In this document: piece after piece, positions 26,930 to 39,695 of the stretch | Layout of the letters: every line of letters starts with the position of its first letter | Numbering within the stretch: position 1 is the stretch's first letter | Assembly: GCF_006345805.1 (NCBI RefSeq) | Contig: NC_042997.1 | Location: 16,182,001-16,246,000, forward strand | Direction: 5' to 3' | Origin: Octopus sinensis | Taxonomy: Eukaryota | Length of the DNA stretch: 64,000 nucleotides | Program-made: the position numbers and the translations under genes | The notes under the pieces: model-generated | What the model was told of the DNA's origin: nothing | Seen by the model: only the letters and a program-made list of their open reading frames with translations | Database searches by the model: none

Positions 26930-27400
26930 TCAGTACTGGACTGCAAGTTATTTTATCGATACCGGAAAGATAAAAGGTAAAGTCGACCTCGGCGAGGGTT
27001 GATGTTTAAATATTAATTTATAATGTAACCGCTGTAACTCGAATTTATTTCGGAATGCAATTGAAACTGATTTTTTCACAATTTTCTCAAGAAGATCATC
27101 GACGTTAGTGAAGTGAAATCTCTGCAAGCGGAAATCAGTAACGGCTTGCCGGAAGTTGATCTACTCCTGTGGCAACCTATCGTATTTAGCCATCCCGTTA
27201 TTCATATGGAAATCCAAGTGGAATATTATTCTAACACATAGGATGCTGAATGGTGGAATCTATATTTTGTACCATTTAGTCCCGATTCTTTGTATTCTGA
27301 GTTCAAATGCAGCCAGAGTCTATATGCCTTTCATTTCTCCAAGGTCGATAAAATAGGGGACTTGTCAAGTACTGAATCGCCAATCTATGTGATTTGTCCG
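26930..27400. mobile_element. Two diverged SINE-C fragments (about 26930-27000 minus; about 27270-27400 plus)
   Basis: AAAGGTAAAGTCGACCTCGGCG and GAGTTCAAATGCAGCCAGAGTCTATATGCCTTTCAT. Confidence 0.6.
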
Positions 27401-28061
27401 AAATTGAAAGCATTCCTCTTGCTACATCTGCCTTCTTAAATCAATTATTAATTTCGATTATTGATTAATCGACTGCTCGTTCACCCAATATGTGTTGCAT
27501 TGTACCTGTTAGAAATCAATAGTACTCTAATAACTCAAAAAATGGAAAACGAAAAGAAATTTATACCAATATACCATAGATTAAAACAATGTGCGCTCCG
27601 CCTTCCTCATTTTGTTATAAAATCAGAAACAATATTCGACCCAATATTGACTGAAATACTAATGAATGAAATCAAAAGAATTTGTTTTCCTAACACATGT
27701 GACACGTATTGGAATATATTTTGCACTACTACCCTAATATATATACCCTAATATTTTAAAGAAATTGTATTGATATGTACGTTGAAGTGTTGCTGTGTAC
27801 CTTGCTATGTATCTGTGTGTTTGATAGTGTCTTTATTTCATGTAGATTTTTTTCCCTATAACTTATTGGATTTTCATATAACCTTTCGTATTTCATTATT
27901 CTCATAACTGATTTAATTTTTACATGAATCTTATCTCTTTCAGTATGTGGCATAACTGAATAAACTTAAGTCTGCATATTAAGAATTAAAATAAACTTCT
28001 ATAACAAAAAAATTAATTACGAAATTCGAAGATAAAAATTATTATATTTTACTGGGTAATA

Positions 28062-28456
28062 TCTTTATATATAAAAGTCAAGCTGTGTGTCTGTCTCCTA
28101 CGATTTAGATTCCTAACTACTCCCACATTTTGCGGTGCAGTTTAACCAAAACCGGGTATCTTATAGTCGTGATTCATATCGAGCCCTTCTGGGTATTAGC
28201 GCGCGTCTACGATGAGTCTGATTTTTTTTTAAATTTACCATCATTTTTTTCCATTTTAATTCATTTTTTTCGCTATTATTTAAGGTAAGTAACTCTCTAA
28301 AAATGTCTACGATGAGTCAACGATTAAAAAAAAAATTACCATCATTTTTTTCCACTTTTAACGCATTTTTTTGCTATTTTTTGGCTATAACTCTCTAAAA
28401 ATGCTTATATAGTTATTTCCCTTACAAACCCGAGCAACGCCGGGCGATACTGCTAG
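28062..28456 (+). mobile_element. Non-autonomous Helitron, complete termini
   Basis: A|TCTTTATATATAAAA...CCCGAGCAACGCCGGGCGATACTGCTAG|T: inserted between A and T, 3' hairpin plus CTAG, no TSD. Confidence 0.85.
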
Positions 28457-28548
28457 TCATAAATAAACTTTTTAAAATACATCTAAATTGATGGCTTAAG
28501 TAGTTTCTGGAATATCATAATGGACACAATCGAGCAAACAAACAAAAC

Positions 28549-28868
28549 ATGAAGAGCTGCACGAGAGGCAGATCGCTGGGTTTGGATGGTCTGCCCCTAC
28601 GAGCTTTATATGTCAGACTTGTTTGCGATCCTCTTAGCAGACGTCTACCACAACTGGCAACAAAATGGAAGAATTCCTACTTGTGTTTTCCGAGGGGCAG
28701 TAGCACTGCTGAGAAAAGACCCAAACAAGAGGGACATTATAGAGAATTTCAGACTCATCACTCTGCTCAATGCAGAGTTGCAGACTTTGGCCAAGGTGTT
28801 AGCCAAAAGGTTGGAGTTTGTCGTGGACAAGCTGACTGGCGAGGTGCAAACATACGCCATCCAAACCA
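28549..28868 (+). mobile_element. L1/Tx1-clade RT fragment
   Basis: RSLGLDGLP/YELY...GAVALLRKDPNKRDIIENFRLITLLNAELQTLAKVLAKRLEFVVDKL (one frameshift). Confidence 0.85.
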
Positions 28869-28949
28869 TAAACGATAAATTAAGTACCAGTTGCGTACTA
28901 GGGTCGATCTAATCGACTGCCTCCCCCCCCTCCAAAGTTTCGGGCCTTC

Positions 28950-29098
28950 TTCCAAGAGAAGAAGAGAATACTTATGTGGTAACAGAGTGGACAGAAAAGA
29001 AATTGAGAAAACTGGAAAATATCAAGACCTAGCCCGATATATGAAGAGAGTGCTGATGCCAAAAGCAACAATTGTTCCTCTGATAATTGGTGCAACTT
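28950..29098 (+). mobile_element. R4/Dong-like restriction-like endonuclease (RLE) C-terminal fragment, flanked by SINE-C pieces
   Basis: KEIEKTGKYQDLARYMKR...IVPLIIGA. Confidence 0.65.
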
Positions 29099-29734
29099 GA
29101 CCTCGGCGGAATTTAAACTCTGAGCGTAAATTACGAACGAAATGCTGCTAATGTGTATCTCGTATAATCTATTTGTAATTGTTCATTAGAATTATCCCTA
29201 AAAAAATGTGGCGTATTTCATTTCATTGAAGTCCATACCGAGGTCATCTTAAACCCTTTCCTATAAAATACTGTGAGGTATTTATTTCAGTTCTCTGATG
29301 ACTCTATCATGTTGCCATCTAAATCATGAAATTTCTAGTTTTGTCAACTTTATTAAACTAGTTTTAATTATAAAAAATATCCGGAAGAAAAATATTTCTA
29401 AGTTTTGTAAATTTTATTGAAATTTTCTAATTACAAATTATAGGGGAAAATATAATTCTCAAATTTTTGCCAGCTTTATTAAATTTTTTAATTAAAACAT
29501 AAAGGAGAAGAAAAAATTTTAAGTGTGTCTACTAAATTGAACTATTCTTAATTAAAAACTGGGGAGTAAAATATTTCTCTCAAATTATAATCTTGATAGA
29601 AATGTTAGACCTCTCTCGTCTTAACTCAGGACAAACTTCCCTTTATTTGGTAAGAAAAAAGGTAAGATGTTGTTTGGTGCTTTAATCTTTCTATTTCTCT
29701 TCTTCAAAAATTCTGATTTTTTTTTTTCTTTTTT

Positions 29735-29772
29735 GTTCTCCTATCGAAGAACTATTGTCCGAAACGTTGAAC
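29735..29772 (+). ncRNA. Degenerate family 1 HHR relic
   Basis: GTTC..ATCGAAGAACTATTGTCCGAAACGTTGAAC, with downstream flank like other family 1 copies. Confidence 0.4.
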
Positions 29773-29982
29773 ACAATTCTTATTTCTTTTCTTTTCAGCG
29801 TTAAACTAATTATATATTGCTAGTTACATGCTCTTGTTCAATATTTTTCATTGCTTTTTTTTTTTTTGTTCCTATAACTTTTCCAAAACGAAATAAAATA
29901 AAAGCTAAGTGCGTAGATAATGATACTGACTGAAAATCAATTAGAGAAAGTGACACACAGACCAACGGCAAGAGAAAAGAAA

Positions 29983-30989
29983 TCTATATATATATAAAAC
30001 TGAGAATGTGTGTGTGTCTGTCTGTCTGTGTGTTTCCCTAAAACTTGAGAACTACACAACCAATTTCATTCAAATTTTACACATGCCTTACTTAGGGTTC
30101 ATGTAGTTTCATGGGCAAAAAAAATGTTCAACTTCTTGCCTAGGGCGAGCCCACAGCAATATCATATCTTCTCCACTATTTCAGTATTACGTGTTAAAAG
30201 TGAAACAAAAACATTTCTCTATTTTATGTCAGATACTTTCGCTTTAACAATAAAAATAATAATAACAATTGAATTATATGTAGTAAGTAATAATTAAAAT
30301 CAAACTAAAGTATAATATAATCGTAACATAACAAAAGTAAAAATAGCAATTGGTATAAAATTGCATCAATGACTTGAACTTGAATAAGTGGTTTCACATG
30401 AATGGGAATAAATTAAAAATAGAATTAATGCGCAGAAATGGAATAGTCCATTAAATTAAAGAAAAGACTATTGTCTATAAAGTATACAATGTAGAGAAAA
30501 AAAAAGATTTGAACACCTGAAGGAAAGCACTAGCGAAAAGTGTCTTGGTGTGACTATGAAAGATATCTAACCAGAGGCGGTAAATTCGCCACAATAGAAG
30601 CAAGGTTCGAGTCAACGGAGCGTGCAAGGGAGTACTCGACTCGAACTTGCAAAGTGGAAATATTTTATTTTTACCTTTATATCTGGGACGTAGTATGTCC
30701 CGGAAAAAGATTTTTAATGCTCCCCCCCCCCGAACTAGAGGTAGGCTGGATTGTAGCCACACTTTTATACAAGAGGGAGGACAAGATACAATTGATCGAA
30801 ATTGCAAGAGACGGGCCTACAATTCCAGTTTGTTATATATTTTGAGTATTGTTATCACTAGCGATATCAAGATATAACTTTGTATTTTGTATTTTATGTG
30901 TAGATGTATATATATAGATGCACACATATATATACACATATATACATGCACTAGCACTATGACCCAGCAACGCCGGGTCATAATGCCAG
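29983..30989 (+). mobile_element. Non-autonomous Helitron-like element, about 1 kb
   Basis: A|TCTATATATATATAAAAC...GACCCAGCAACGCCGGGTCATAATGCCAG|T (3' hairpin, CTAG variant); 5' part shared with 8322. Confidence 0.8.
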
Positions 30990-31214
30990 TTATCAATGAA
31001 AGAGGTAGAGACAAACAGATAAACACACCACGATAATTTAAAAGAGTCCGAAAAACAGATAATAGTAAAACTACAAGAGGCTCATAGAGAAACCTTCATG
31101 AAAAAAAAAAGGACAAACAAAAATTATCAAACTGAAACAGGTTGCCAAGCGGACAGACTGATAGATATAACCTGAAAGAGGATAGACACACAAAGTCATA
31201 TATAAAAACTGAGA

Positions 31215-31386
31215 TACAGGAGTGGCTGTGTGGTAAGTAGCTTGTTTACGAACCACATGGTTCCGGGTTCAGTCCCACTGCGTGGCACCTTGGGCAAGTG
31301 TCTTCTACTATAGCCTCGGGCCGACCAAAGCCTTGTGAGTGGATTTGGTAGACGGAAACTGAAAGAAGCCCGTCGTATATATATAT
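31215..31386 (+). mobile_element. SINE-B head; a matching 3' half lies at about 32815-33020
   Basis: CAGGAGTGGCTGTGTGGTAAG...GGTTCAGTCCCAC...GAAAGAAGCCCGTCGTATAT. Confidence 0.9.
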
Positions 31387-31863
31387 ACCCTACGTGGATA
31401 CCCCCTCACCACTATCCACACCGCCCTTGCCAGAGCACGGGCCGTGGACCGTGTATCTGCTCTCTCTCCCCGAACCCGCCCTGTAGTCTCCCGCCTCCAT
31501 TTTCCCCTCACTTACCACCCCACGACCCTACGTCTCCAACGCACCATTCTTCGAGCTTTCCGTCATCTCCAGTCCGACCCGTCCACTTCACACCTCTTCC
31601 CTAACCGACCCCTCCCCTCTTTCAAACGAGCCCACAACCTTCGAGACCTTTTGGTCCATAGCTCCTTCCCTGACCCTACCTCCCAACCCGGCTCGTTCCC
31701 CTGCTCCCGCCCACGTTGCCGCACTTGCCCTTACCTCTCCAACACCACCCGCCTCACTAGCACCCACCATCGACCCTATCCCATCATCCACTCCTTCACC
31801 TGCACCTCCAGCAATATTATCTATTGCATCTCTTGTTCTCTCTGCAATTCCTTGTACATCGGA
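31387..31863 (+). mobile_element. Penelope-like element fragment (post-RT linker to start of GIY-YIG endonuclease)
   Basis: Stop-free frame LRGYPLTTIHTALARA...PLTYHP...SFKRAHNLRDLLVHS...PCSRPRCRTC...FTCTSSNIIYCISCSLCNSLYIG. Confidence 0.92.
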
Positions 31864-31865
31864 AT

Positions 31866-31982
31866 GTGTATCTCGTGTCTGTGGAGTGCTCAGCCATTTA
31901 CACGTTAATTTCACGAGCGGGCTGTTCCGTTGATTCGGATCAACCGGAACCCTCATCGTCGTAACCGACGGAGTGCTTCCCC
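31866..31982 (+). mobile_element. SINE-A 3' tail fragment
   Basis: GTGTCTGTGGAGTGCTCAGCC...AACCGACGGAGTGCTTCC. Confidence 0.88.
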
Positions 31983-32324
31983 CATTTATTTCTAAACCAT
32001 GCCGTCGTTGCGCTCATGTTTCCAATGGTCTGAATATTGGTTCACAGTATTTCTGATGTTGAGAGTGAAAAAGAAACATTTGTGAATCGGTGCAAAGGAT
32101 TTGTTTTCAACAAGGACTCTGAAGATCGCCGCTTTTTCGCCAATATCTATTTGAAAGACACGTGCGCCCGCGCACTACAACTCGGGTGTATGTACGTACG
32201 TATCTATATATATATATATATTCGTACGCCAGTCTGTCAGTCTGTTTGCTTATCTATCTGTCTGTCTGTCTCTCTGTCTGTCTGTATGTATGTATGTAGT
32301 ATGTATGTATGTATGTATTTCAAA

Positions 32325-32535
32325 ATGTGACCTCGTGTGTACCGTTGGCGATTTTTTTTCCTCTGTCTTCCCTTCTCTGGATCTTTCCTTCTCTTATGTT
32401 TCCGACGAACAGCTCCGCTCGAAACGTTAAACCCTCCTTCTTCCCTTCTTTCCTGAGCGTCCAATAATACTATATTTGTTCCACGTCCTCGCGTTGTTGT
32501 GTTTTTTTTTGTGCTTTCTTGTTTGGATTAACTAT
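32325..32535 (+). mobile_element. PLE-terminal-like repeat with a degenerate family 1 HHR (32398-32432)
   Basis: GTTT-CCGACGA-A-CAGC(TCC)GCTC-GAAA-CGTT-AAAC; flanks align with the 8.1k and 47.2k copies. Confidence 0.72.
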
Positions 32536-33020
32536 GTATATAGGTAGGTATGTAGGTAGGTAGGTAGGTAGGTAGGTAGGTAGGTAGTATTGTGTTTGGA
32601 TTTACATACAATGTATTTGACAAACATATGTTTATCCGCGCTGTGAGAATATAGCCTGTATGGATAAACCACGGGAGTTTTGGCAGCTGAAAGTCAACAG
32701 GTTTCGTCATTCATTTGAGACTCATCAAGGATCGCTTTCGTCACTTTGTGTGCATATATGTGTGCGAGTATGTGCGCGCGTGCACGCATGCGTGCGTGTG
32801 TGTGTGTGTGTGTGTTAGTGTTTGTGTTTGTCTCCCACCACCGCTTGATAACAGGTTTGTTTTGTTTACGTCCCCGTAAGCTAGCGGTTCGACAAAAAGA
32901 AACCGATAGAATTAGTACCAGACTTTAAAAAATAAAAGTTTCTGGGGTCGGTTTGTTCAGCTAGAGCTTCTAGGTGGTACCCTAACATGGCTGCAGCCTA
33001 ATGACTGAAGCAAGTAAAAG

Positions 33021-33127
<107 letters not shown>

Positions 33128-33169
33128 CTACTTATTGTGTTTTCTGTCGATCTGATTCTGCTCACAATA

Positions 33170-33290
33170 TTAGACAACCTAAGGATACGGTATAGAAAAC
33201 ACTTAACGTTCCATGCAATGAGATTGAAACCGGAACATATGGCAGCGAAGTGAACTTCTCAGCCACACGGCCATTCCTGCTCCTATACAG
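33170..33290 (-). mobile_element. Diverged SINE-B head
   Basis: Reverse complement GCAGGAATGGCCGTGTGGCTGAGAAGTTC...TTCCGGTTTCAATCTC. Confidence 0.65.
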
Positions 33291-33299
33291 ATCAGAAGG

Positions 33300-34262
33300 A
33301 GAGCCACACGAAACATAAAGAAAGTACAATTAAACAGGCAGAAGAAAGACGTTCAGGTAAACAGACAGATAATTGCAAAGAGAGAGAGAGAGAGAGGAGA
33401 GGCAGTGATATAATGAAACATATAGAGGAAGAGAGACAGAGAGACAGAGAGACAGAGAGACAGACAGACAGACAGACTGACTGACTGGCAAGCAGACAAA
33501 CGGGCAGGCAATTAGACAAGAGAAAGACAGATTCACAGATATGAAGGAGAGAAAAATTGGAAGAAAACTTACTGGCAGAAAGACAAAACGGTGGTGGATT
33601 TTAGTGGAGGTGGGGGGTGGAGCTGAAGCGTGTATATGGTGGTGGTGGTGGTGGTGGCGGTGGCGGTGGTGGTGGTGGATGATATGGAGGTGATGGATAT
33701 GGTGGTGGTGGTGGTGGTGATGATAATGATGGGGTGGGGAGTGATAGTAGGAGATATGGTAGTTGTGGAGGTGATGATTATGATCTTGATGGAGGGGGCG
33801 AGTAATGATGGAGAAGGCGGTGGAGGTAATTGCGATGGTAGAGGAGAGAATGGAGGTAATGGAAGTGATGATGGCAAAGAATACGGTGGAGATGGAGGTG
33901 ATGGTGATGGTGATGGTGATGGTGATGGTGATGGTGATGGTGATAGTAGTATTGGATAATGTAGGTGGAGGGACAGTGGTGTGTCGGTGGAAGGTGAGAA
34001 GGGGAGGGTGGCACGGCAGAGGAAACAAGATTAGAGTGGGTTGGACAAGAGTATTACGAGAGAAGAAATAGAGTGGGAGGGATTGAAAAAAAGTTGGGTA
34101 AAAGCTAGCGGGAGGAGTGAGGAGTGAGAAGAAGAAGAAAAGGAAGAAGAAGAAGAAGAAGAAGAAGAAGAAGAAGAAGAAGAAGAAGAAGAAGAAGAAG
34201 AAAGAGAAGATGGCGATGGCGGTGGCGGAGGTGATGGTGGTGGTGGTGACGATGATGATGAT

Positions 34263-34295
<33 letters not shown>

Positions 34296-34600
34296 CGATG
34301 ATCATTACGAAACTGAACTAGCACAGATGTTATACGATTGTGAGTGAATGGATGACGTCAATGATTGGTTGCTGTGTTTAGTTGTTGTTGTTGTTGTTGG
34401 TAGTGGCTTTTGTTTTCATTATTATCATTATGTTTTGAGTCGTGTTGCACTTATTCATTTATTTATTTTTAATTTTGCTTTATTATTTATTTATTCATTC
34501 ATTCATTGGTTTTTATTCATTCACTCATTCATTCATTCATTCATTCAATCATTCTTTCATTCATTCATTCTAACAAACAGTCAGTCATTCATATAAGTTC
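33300..34600. repeat. Compound microsatellite block (AG, GACA, GGT, GAT, GAA, TTCA)
   Basis: Direct reading. Confidence 0.9.
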
Positions 34601-35289
34601 ATTAATCCAGTTCTGCTCTTACCACCACCCCCATTCCCCACCCCCACTCCCCACCCCTAGCTGGAGATGATGAGAAGATTTATAGGCTTAGTTTGGGGGT
34701 GGAGGTTAAGTAAAAAAAAAAACTGTCTCTGACGGAGATTCTGTCTTCATCGAGTATAAAGTAGCTTCTTCCATTAAAAAAATTCGTTACAGTTTATCAG
34801 ATCGAATCCACCAGATAACTGGTTAACTTGTTGGGCCTGTATAATCTTTTATGCACGGTTTATTAATATTTGGTTATCTTCACTGATTTTTTTTTATTGT
34901 TTGTGCAACTGTCAGCCTCCCATCTCTCTCCTCTCTCTCCTTCTCTCTCTCTTTCCATCTCTCCTTTTATCTTTCTTCTTTTCCTGTCACCTCTCTCTCT
35001 CTCTCTCATTCCCACCCTCTCTTTCTCACATGTATACACATACATATCCACTCACATAAACTCATAAATGCATTCACCTACGTTCAGAATATTTCCAGTA
35101 ACTTGTTGTAATACTCAGTTACTCTGCGAGCTGTTAAACCATTCCTGAAACTTTTTGTTTTCATCTTTCCATCAACCATGCATACACAAAGTTAGTTCCC
35201 CATTGCCTACTTCATCTCTCGCTTCTGACAAACTGCACCTAAAAAAATATTTTAATTCGACATGACAACCTAACAAAGCAGTAATGCAA

Positions 35290-35490
35290 TGTTTTAGCAC
35301 GCTGGGCAAAATGCTTAGCGACATTTCGTTCGTCCATACGTTCTGAGTTCAAATGCCGCTGAGATCGACTTTGTCTTTCATCCTTTCAGGGTCGATAAAT
35401 TAAGTACCAGTTAAGTACTGGAATCGATGCAATCGACTATCCCCCTGCTCAAAATTTCAAGCCTTGTGCCAATAGTAGAAAGGATTGATA
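35290..35490 (+). mobile_element. SINE family C
   Basis: GTTCTGAGTTCAAATGCCGCTGAGATCGACTTTGTCTTTCATCCTTTCAGGGTCGATAAATTAAGTACCAG. Confidence 0.85.
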
Positions 35491-35695
35491 ACCAAGTAGA
35501 TTGAGCCATTGAAAATTAAATGCATTTGTCAGGAACACAACTCGATGGCGTTGATTTACCGCGAACTGCCAACTCTCTCTTTTCCATGACTTTCGGGGGG
35601 CTTCTTAAAGCAGCCAGATCAATATTGTTGATGGTATTCAACAGGTACTAACAGATGTTTGCAAGAAACTACAATTAATGACTAATCTAGATGTT

Positions 35696-36079
35696 TGGGA
35701 AGCACTCCGTCGGTTCCGACGACGAGGGTTCAGGTTGATCCGAATCAACGGAACAGCCTGCTCGTGAAATTAACGTGTAAGTGGCTGAGCACTCCACAGA
35801 CACGTGTACCCTTAACGTAGTTCTCGGGGAGATTCAGCGTGACAGAGAGTGACAAGGCCGGCCCTTTGAAATACAGGTATAAGAGAAACAGGAAGAAAGA
35901 GTGAGAGAAAGTTGTGGTGAAAGAGTACAGCAGGGATCACCACCATCCCCTGCCGGAGCCTCGTGGAGCTTTAGGTGTCTTCGCTCAATAAACACTCACA
36001 ACGCCCGATCTGGGAATCGAAACCGCGATCCTACGACCGTGAGTCCGCTACCCTAACCACTGGGCCATTGTGCCTCCAC
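35696..36079 (-). mobile_element. SINE family A, full length, with 12-bp TSD
   Basis: AATCTAGATGTT at 35684-35695 and 36080-36091; reverse complement of the 697-1086 type. Confidence 0.95.
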
Positions 36080-36502
36080 AATCTAGATGTTCACAGTTTG
36101 TGTGTCCGATCACTGCTAATCTGTACACTATATCCAATTTCACCGAGAGTAAAGTAAACCACTATACACTTTTACGGTTCGTCATAACAGATCAACAGTT
36201 TCATAGCGAAACAGATTAGTGTATACCGTTGGTGTGCAATACTGGATCTAAGTCCTCCTGTGAACCGAGAGAGAGCAATGGCAGTTTGGTGTCCCATTGC
36301 GTTCTCTACCGCTACCACCCGCCCAATTGTGTGTGAGTGAGTGTGTGTGTGTGTGTGTGTGTGTGTTGTGTGTGTGTGTGTGTGTGTGCGTGTGTGTGTG
36401 TGTGTGTGTGTACATTCATTTTATACATATCAAAACAAAGAGGAGGTAATAAGAGATAGTAATCCAGGCGAAATACTTAAGCTCTCTGCAGATAAAAATA
36501 CA

Positions 36503-36920
36503 CAGGCGCAGGAGTGGCTGTGTGGTAAGTAGCTTGCTAACCAACCACATAGTTCCGGGTTCAATCCCACTGCGTGGCATCTTGGACAAGTGTCTTCTGC
36601 TATAACCCCGGGCCGACCAATGCCTTGTGAGTGGATTTGGTAGACGGAAACTGAAAGAAGCCTGTCGTATATAGTATTATATATATGTATGTGTGTGTAT
36701 TTGTGTGTCTGTGTTTTTGTCCCTAGCATTGCTTGACAACCGATGCTGGTGTGTGTACGTCCCCGTCACTTAGCGGTTCGGCAAAAAGAGACCGATAGAA
36801 TAAGTACTGGGCTTACAAAAAGAATAAGTCCCGGGGTCGAGGTCCTCGACTAAAGGCGGTGCTCCAGCATGGTCGCAGTCAAATGACTGAAACAAGTAAA
36901 AGAGTAAAAGAGAAAAAAGA
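36503..36920 (+). mobile_element. SINE family B, full length (tRNA-like head, core, internal TA/TG tract, 3' half, AAAGAGT tail)
   Basis: Near-identical to 47472-47845 and to the reverse complement of 61430-61835. Confidence 0.95.
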
Positions 36921-38372
36921 GTAAATGTTCTGATCGGTATTGCACTCGAGGTAACTCAAATCAATGTCCATTTGTTAATTCCTGGTTCCAATGCCCAGTT
37001 AAGACACTATGTTTTTACAGAGTAAAACATAAAAGAGACAGAAATATCTATTTATTTATTTATTACATGTTTACAGCTGTTTCGAATAGGTGTTTAAGTG
37101 CATTCACGGTTCAATCTTATTAATTGATCGATTTATCAACTAAAAATATAGGGAACCAAGGCTATCTTCTTCAGAGCCAAAACAAATCTATTGCCAAAGA
37201 AAAAGAAAAAAAGAAAAAGGAATGAATTTAGTTAGTGTGGTACTTTTTATACAGAACTAGGTTATCTATTTTTAGCTATCAATCTTAAGCCATTGTTGGC
37301 TCTTAACACAGGTGAATAATATTGACATTCAGTAAAGAACTTTGACACCCCACAACTTCCTTGTGGTTAGGGGCAGGCTATTGGTGATTAACACTATATT
37401 TTGGAAAACTTGTCAGGCAAAGTATATGTAAATATACAAATCAAAAGGCAGCTGCCAAATATTTTAAAACCGAAGTATCGAAATCTATATATTTGACATG
37501 AATATGAACGTAATTATTGACAGTAATAGACAGCAGTAATGTTCAAACTAGTAATTAGGGATTAGAAGAAAAATAAACTATTACAAGTAAAGGAACAACA
37601 CAAGATTTACAGTATAATCCGAAATTATAGGACTATTGGTACTGCTGCAATAGTAAAACTAAGATGTATTTCTTAAAGAGGAAGGTAGAGTAAATTACAC
37701 CAATACAAAATGAAGATAGAACCAAAACAAAATTTAAAAAATGAAATCACGACAAACTAAAAGCAACAAAAATTAGGAAAGAGATATAGGAAAATAAAAT
37801 GGAGACCTTCTTATCACAATAAATAGAGAGAAGGAAAAAGGAATTCAGACATTCTATAATTCAAGCAATTAAGAAATTTAGCAATTATTTTACTAATAAC
37901 AGCTAAGAAGTCCTTGCTCTTGTCACACCGTATTTCTAAATGAGGGAAACATTGACGTAAAACCTGCGGTTTCACATAATTGCTGGTTTTCTGGTTTCGG
38001 CCTTTCACTAGTTACTGATCACAGAAACTCAGAGAGTGTTACTCGTGTTATGCAAACGTTTATTGCTATAATACTATGACGGACAGATGTCTCTCTTTAT
38101 GGTGACCTCATTTGTCCTCTGGCAATGGAAGAGTGATGACGAGTAAAGACCTAACCAGTTTTGAAGCACACAGAAAGTTACGACTTTCGTTTGTTGCCTA
38201 TGCTTCAAACCATGGAGATCTGCAACGAAACCGAATAGTCGTCAGAGAGTTCATGGACGGAGTTGGAAATGCTACTGACAACGAAGAAGCACAAGGAAAC
38301 GGGAATCATCTTTGAAGGTGGAGCAATCACCACACAGATATATGCATATACAGTACGCATATAGATATATGT

Positions 38373-38452
<80 letters not shown>

Positions 38453-38457
38453 ATATA

Positions 38458-39213
38458 TACTCTTTTACTCTTTGTACTTGGTTCAGTCATTTGACTGCGG
38501 CCGCCTTTAGTCGAACGAATCGACCCCGGAACTTATTCTTTGTAAGCCCAGTACTTATTCTATCGGTCTCTTTTGCCGAACCGCTAAGTGATCGGTTGTC
38601 AAGCAATGCTAGAGGGACAAACACAGACATACAAACATATACATGCATACATATATATACATACTAGCAGTATCGCCCGGCGTTGCTCAGGTTTGTAAGG
38701 GAAATAACTATAAAGCATTTTTAGAGAGTTATAGCCAAAAAATAGCAAAAAAATGGAAAAAAATGATGGTAAATTTTTTTTTGATAGTTAAAAAAGGTGG
38801 AGTTGCGCCCCCTACACAGTTTGTGGTTTGTGTTCCTGATTCTCGACCCCATGTCGAATTTATCGACTTTTTCAGAACTGGGGGAACTTTTCAAAATTTC
38901 GCTGCGTTAGTTTTGAATTATGACATTGGGCTATGTGTGTGTCAAGTTTCATCAGAATCGGTTGAAAGCCGTGGTCAGGTGAGGGTACAAGCAACCAGAC
39001 ACACAGAAACACGCACAGACAAACTGCCGTTTTATAGAGAGAGAATATGACGACAGGCTTCTTTCAGTTTCCGTCTACCAAATCCACTCACAAGGCATTG
39101 GTCGGCCCGAGGCCTATAGCAGAAGACACTTGCCCAAGATGCCACGCAGTGGGACTGAACCCAGAACCATGGTTGGTAGGCAAAGCTCCTTACCACACAT
39201 CCACTCCTGCGCC

Positions 39214-39215
<2 letters not shown>
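38458..39215 (-). mobile_element. SINE family B split by a Helitron
   Basis: 3' half at 38458-38662, head at 39045-39215. Confidence 0.88.
38664..39044 (-). mobile_element. Non-autonomous Helitron sharing its 3' end with 28062-28456
   Basis: CTAGCAGTATCGCCCGGCGTTGCTC is the reverse complement of that 3' end; 5' end TCTCTCTCTATAAAA. Confidence 0.85.
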
Positions 39216-39244
<29 letters not shown>

Positions 39245-39280
39245 ATATAATATAGGTATATATATATATATATATATATC

Positions 39281-39367
<87 letters not shown>

Positions 39368-39661
39368 TATAATTATATATAATATATATATATAATAATA
39401 TATATATATTATATATATAGATATATATATATATATTATACACACACACACACACACGGCACTCCGTACAACCTGTTGATTACTTTATATATATATATAT
39501 ATATATTTGTGCATACATATAGATGTATATGTACACATATACACTCGCATATATGGACACATATACGCCCACTTATATATGTATGCATACTTATATGTGT
39601 GTGTACATACGCATGCGCTCAAACACACACTCATACGCGCGGTGGGCACACGTATGTTACG

Positions 39662-39695
<34 letters not shown>

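Noticed and set aside
27071-27240. Open frame KKIIDVSEVKSLQAEISNGLPEVDLLLWQP
   Set aside because: Short, no convincing donor, no family recognised, and it lies between SINE fragments.
38112-38315. 67-aa ORF in a slightly GC-richer patch
   Set aside because: No motif or splice support; length within chance expectation.
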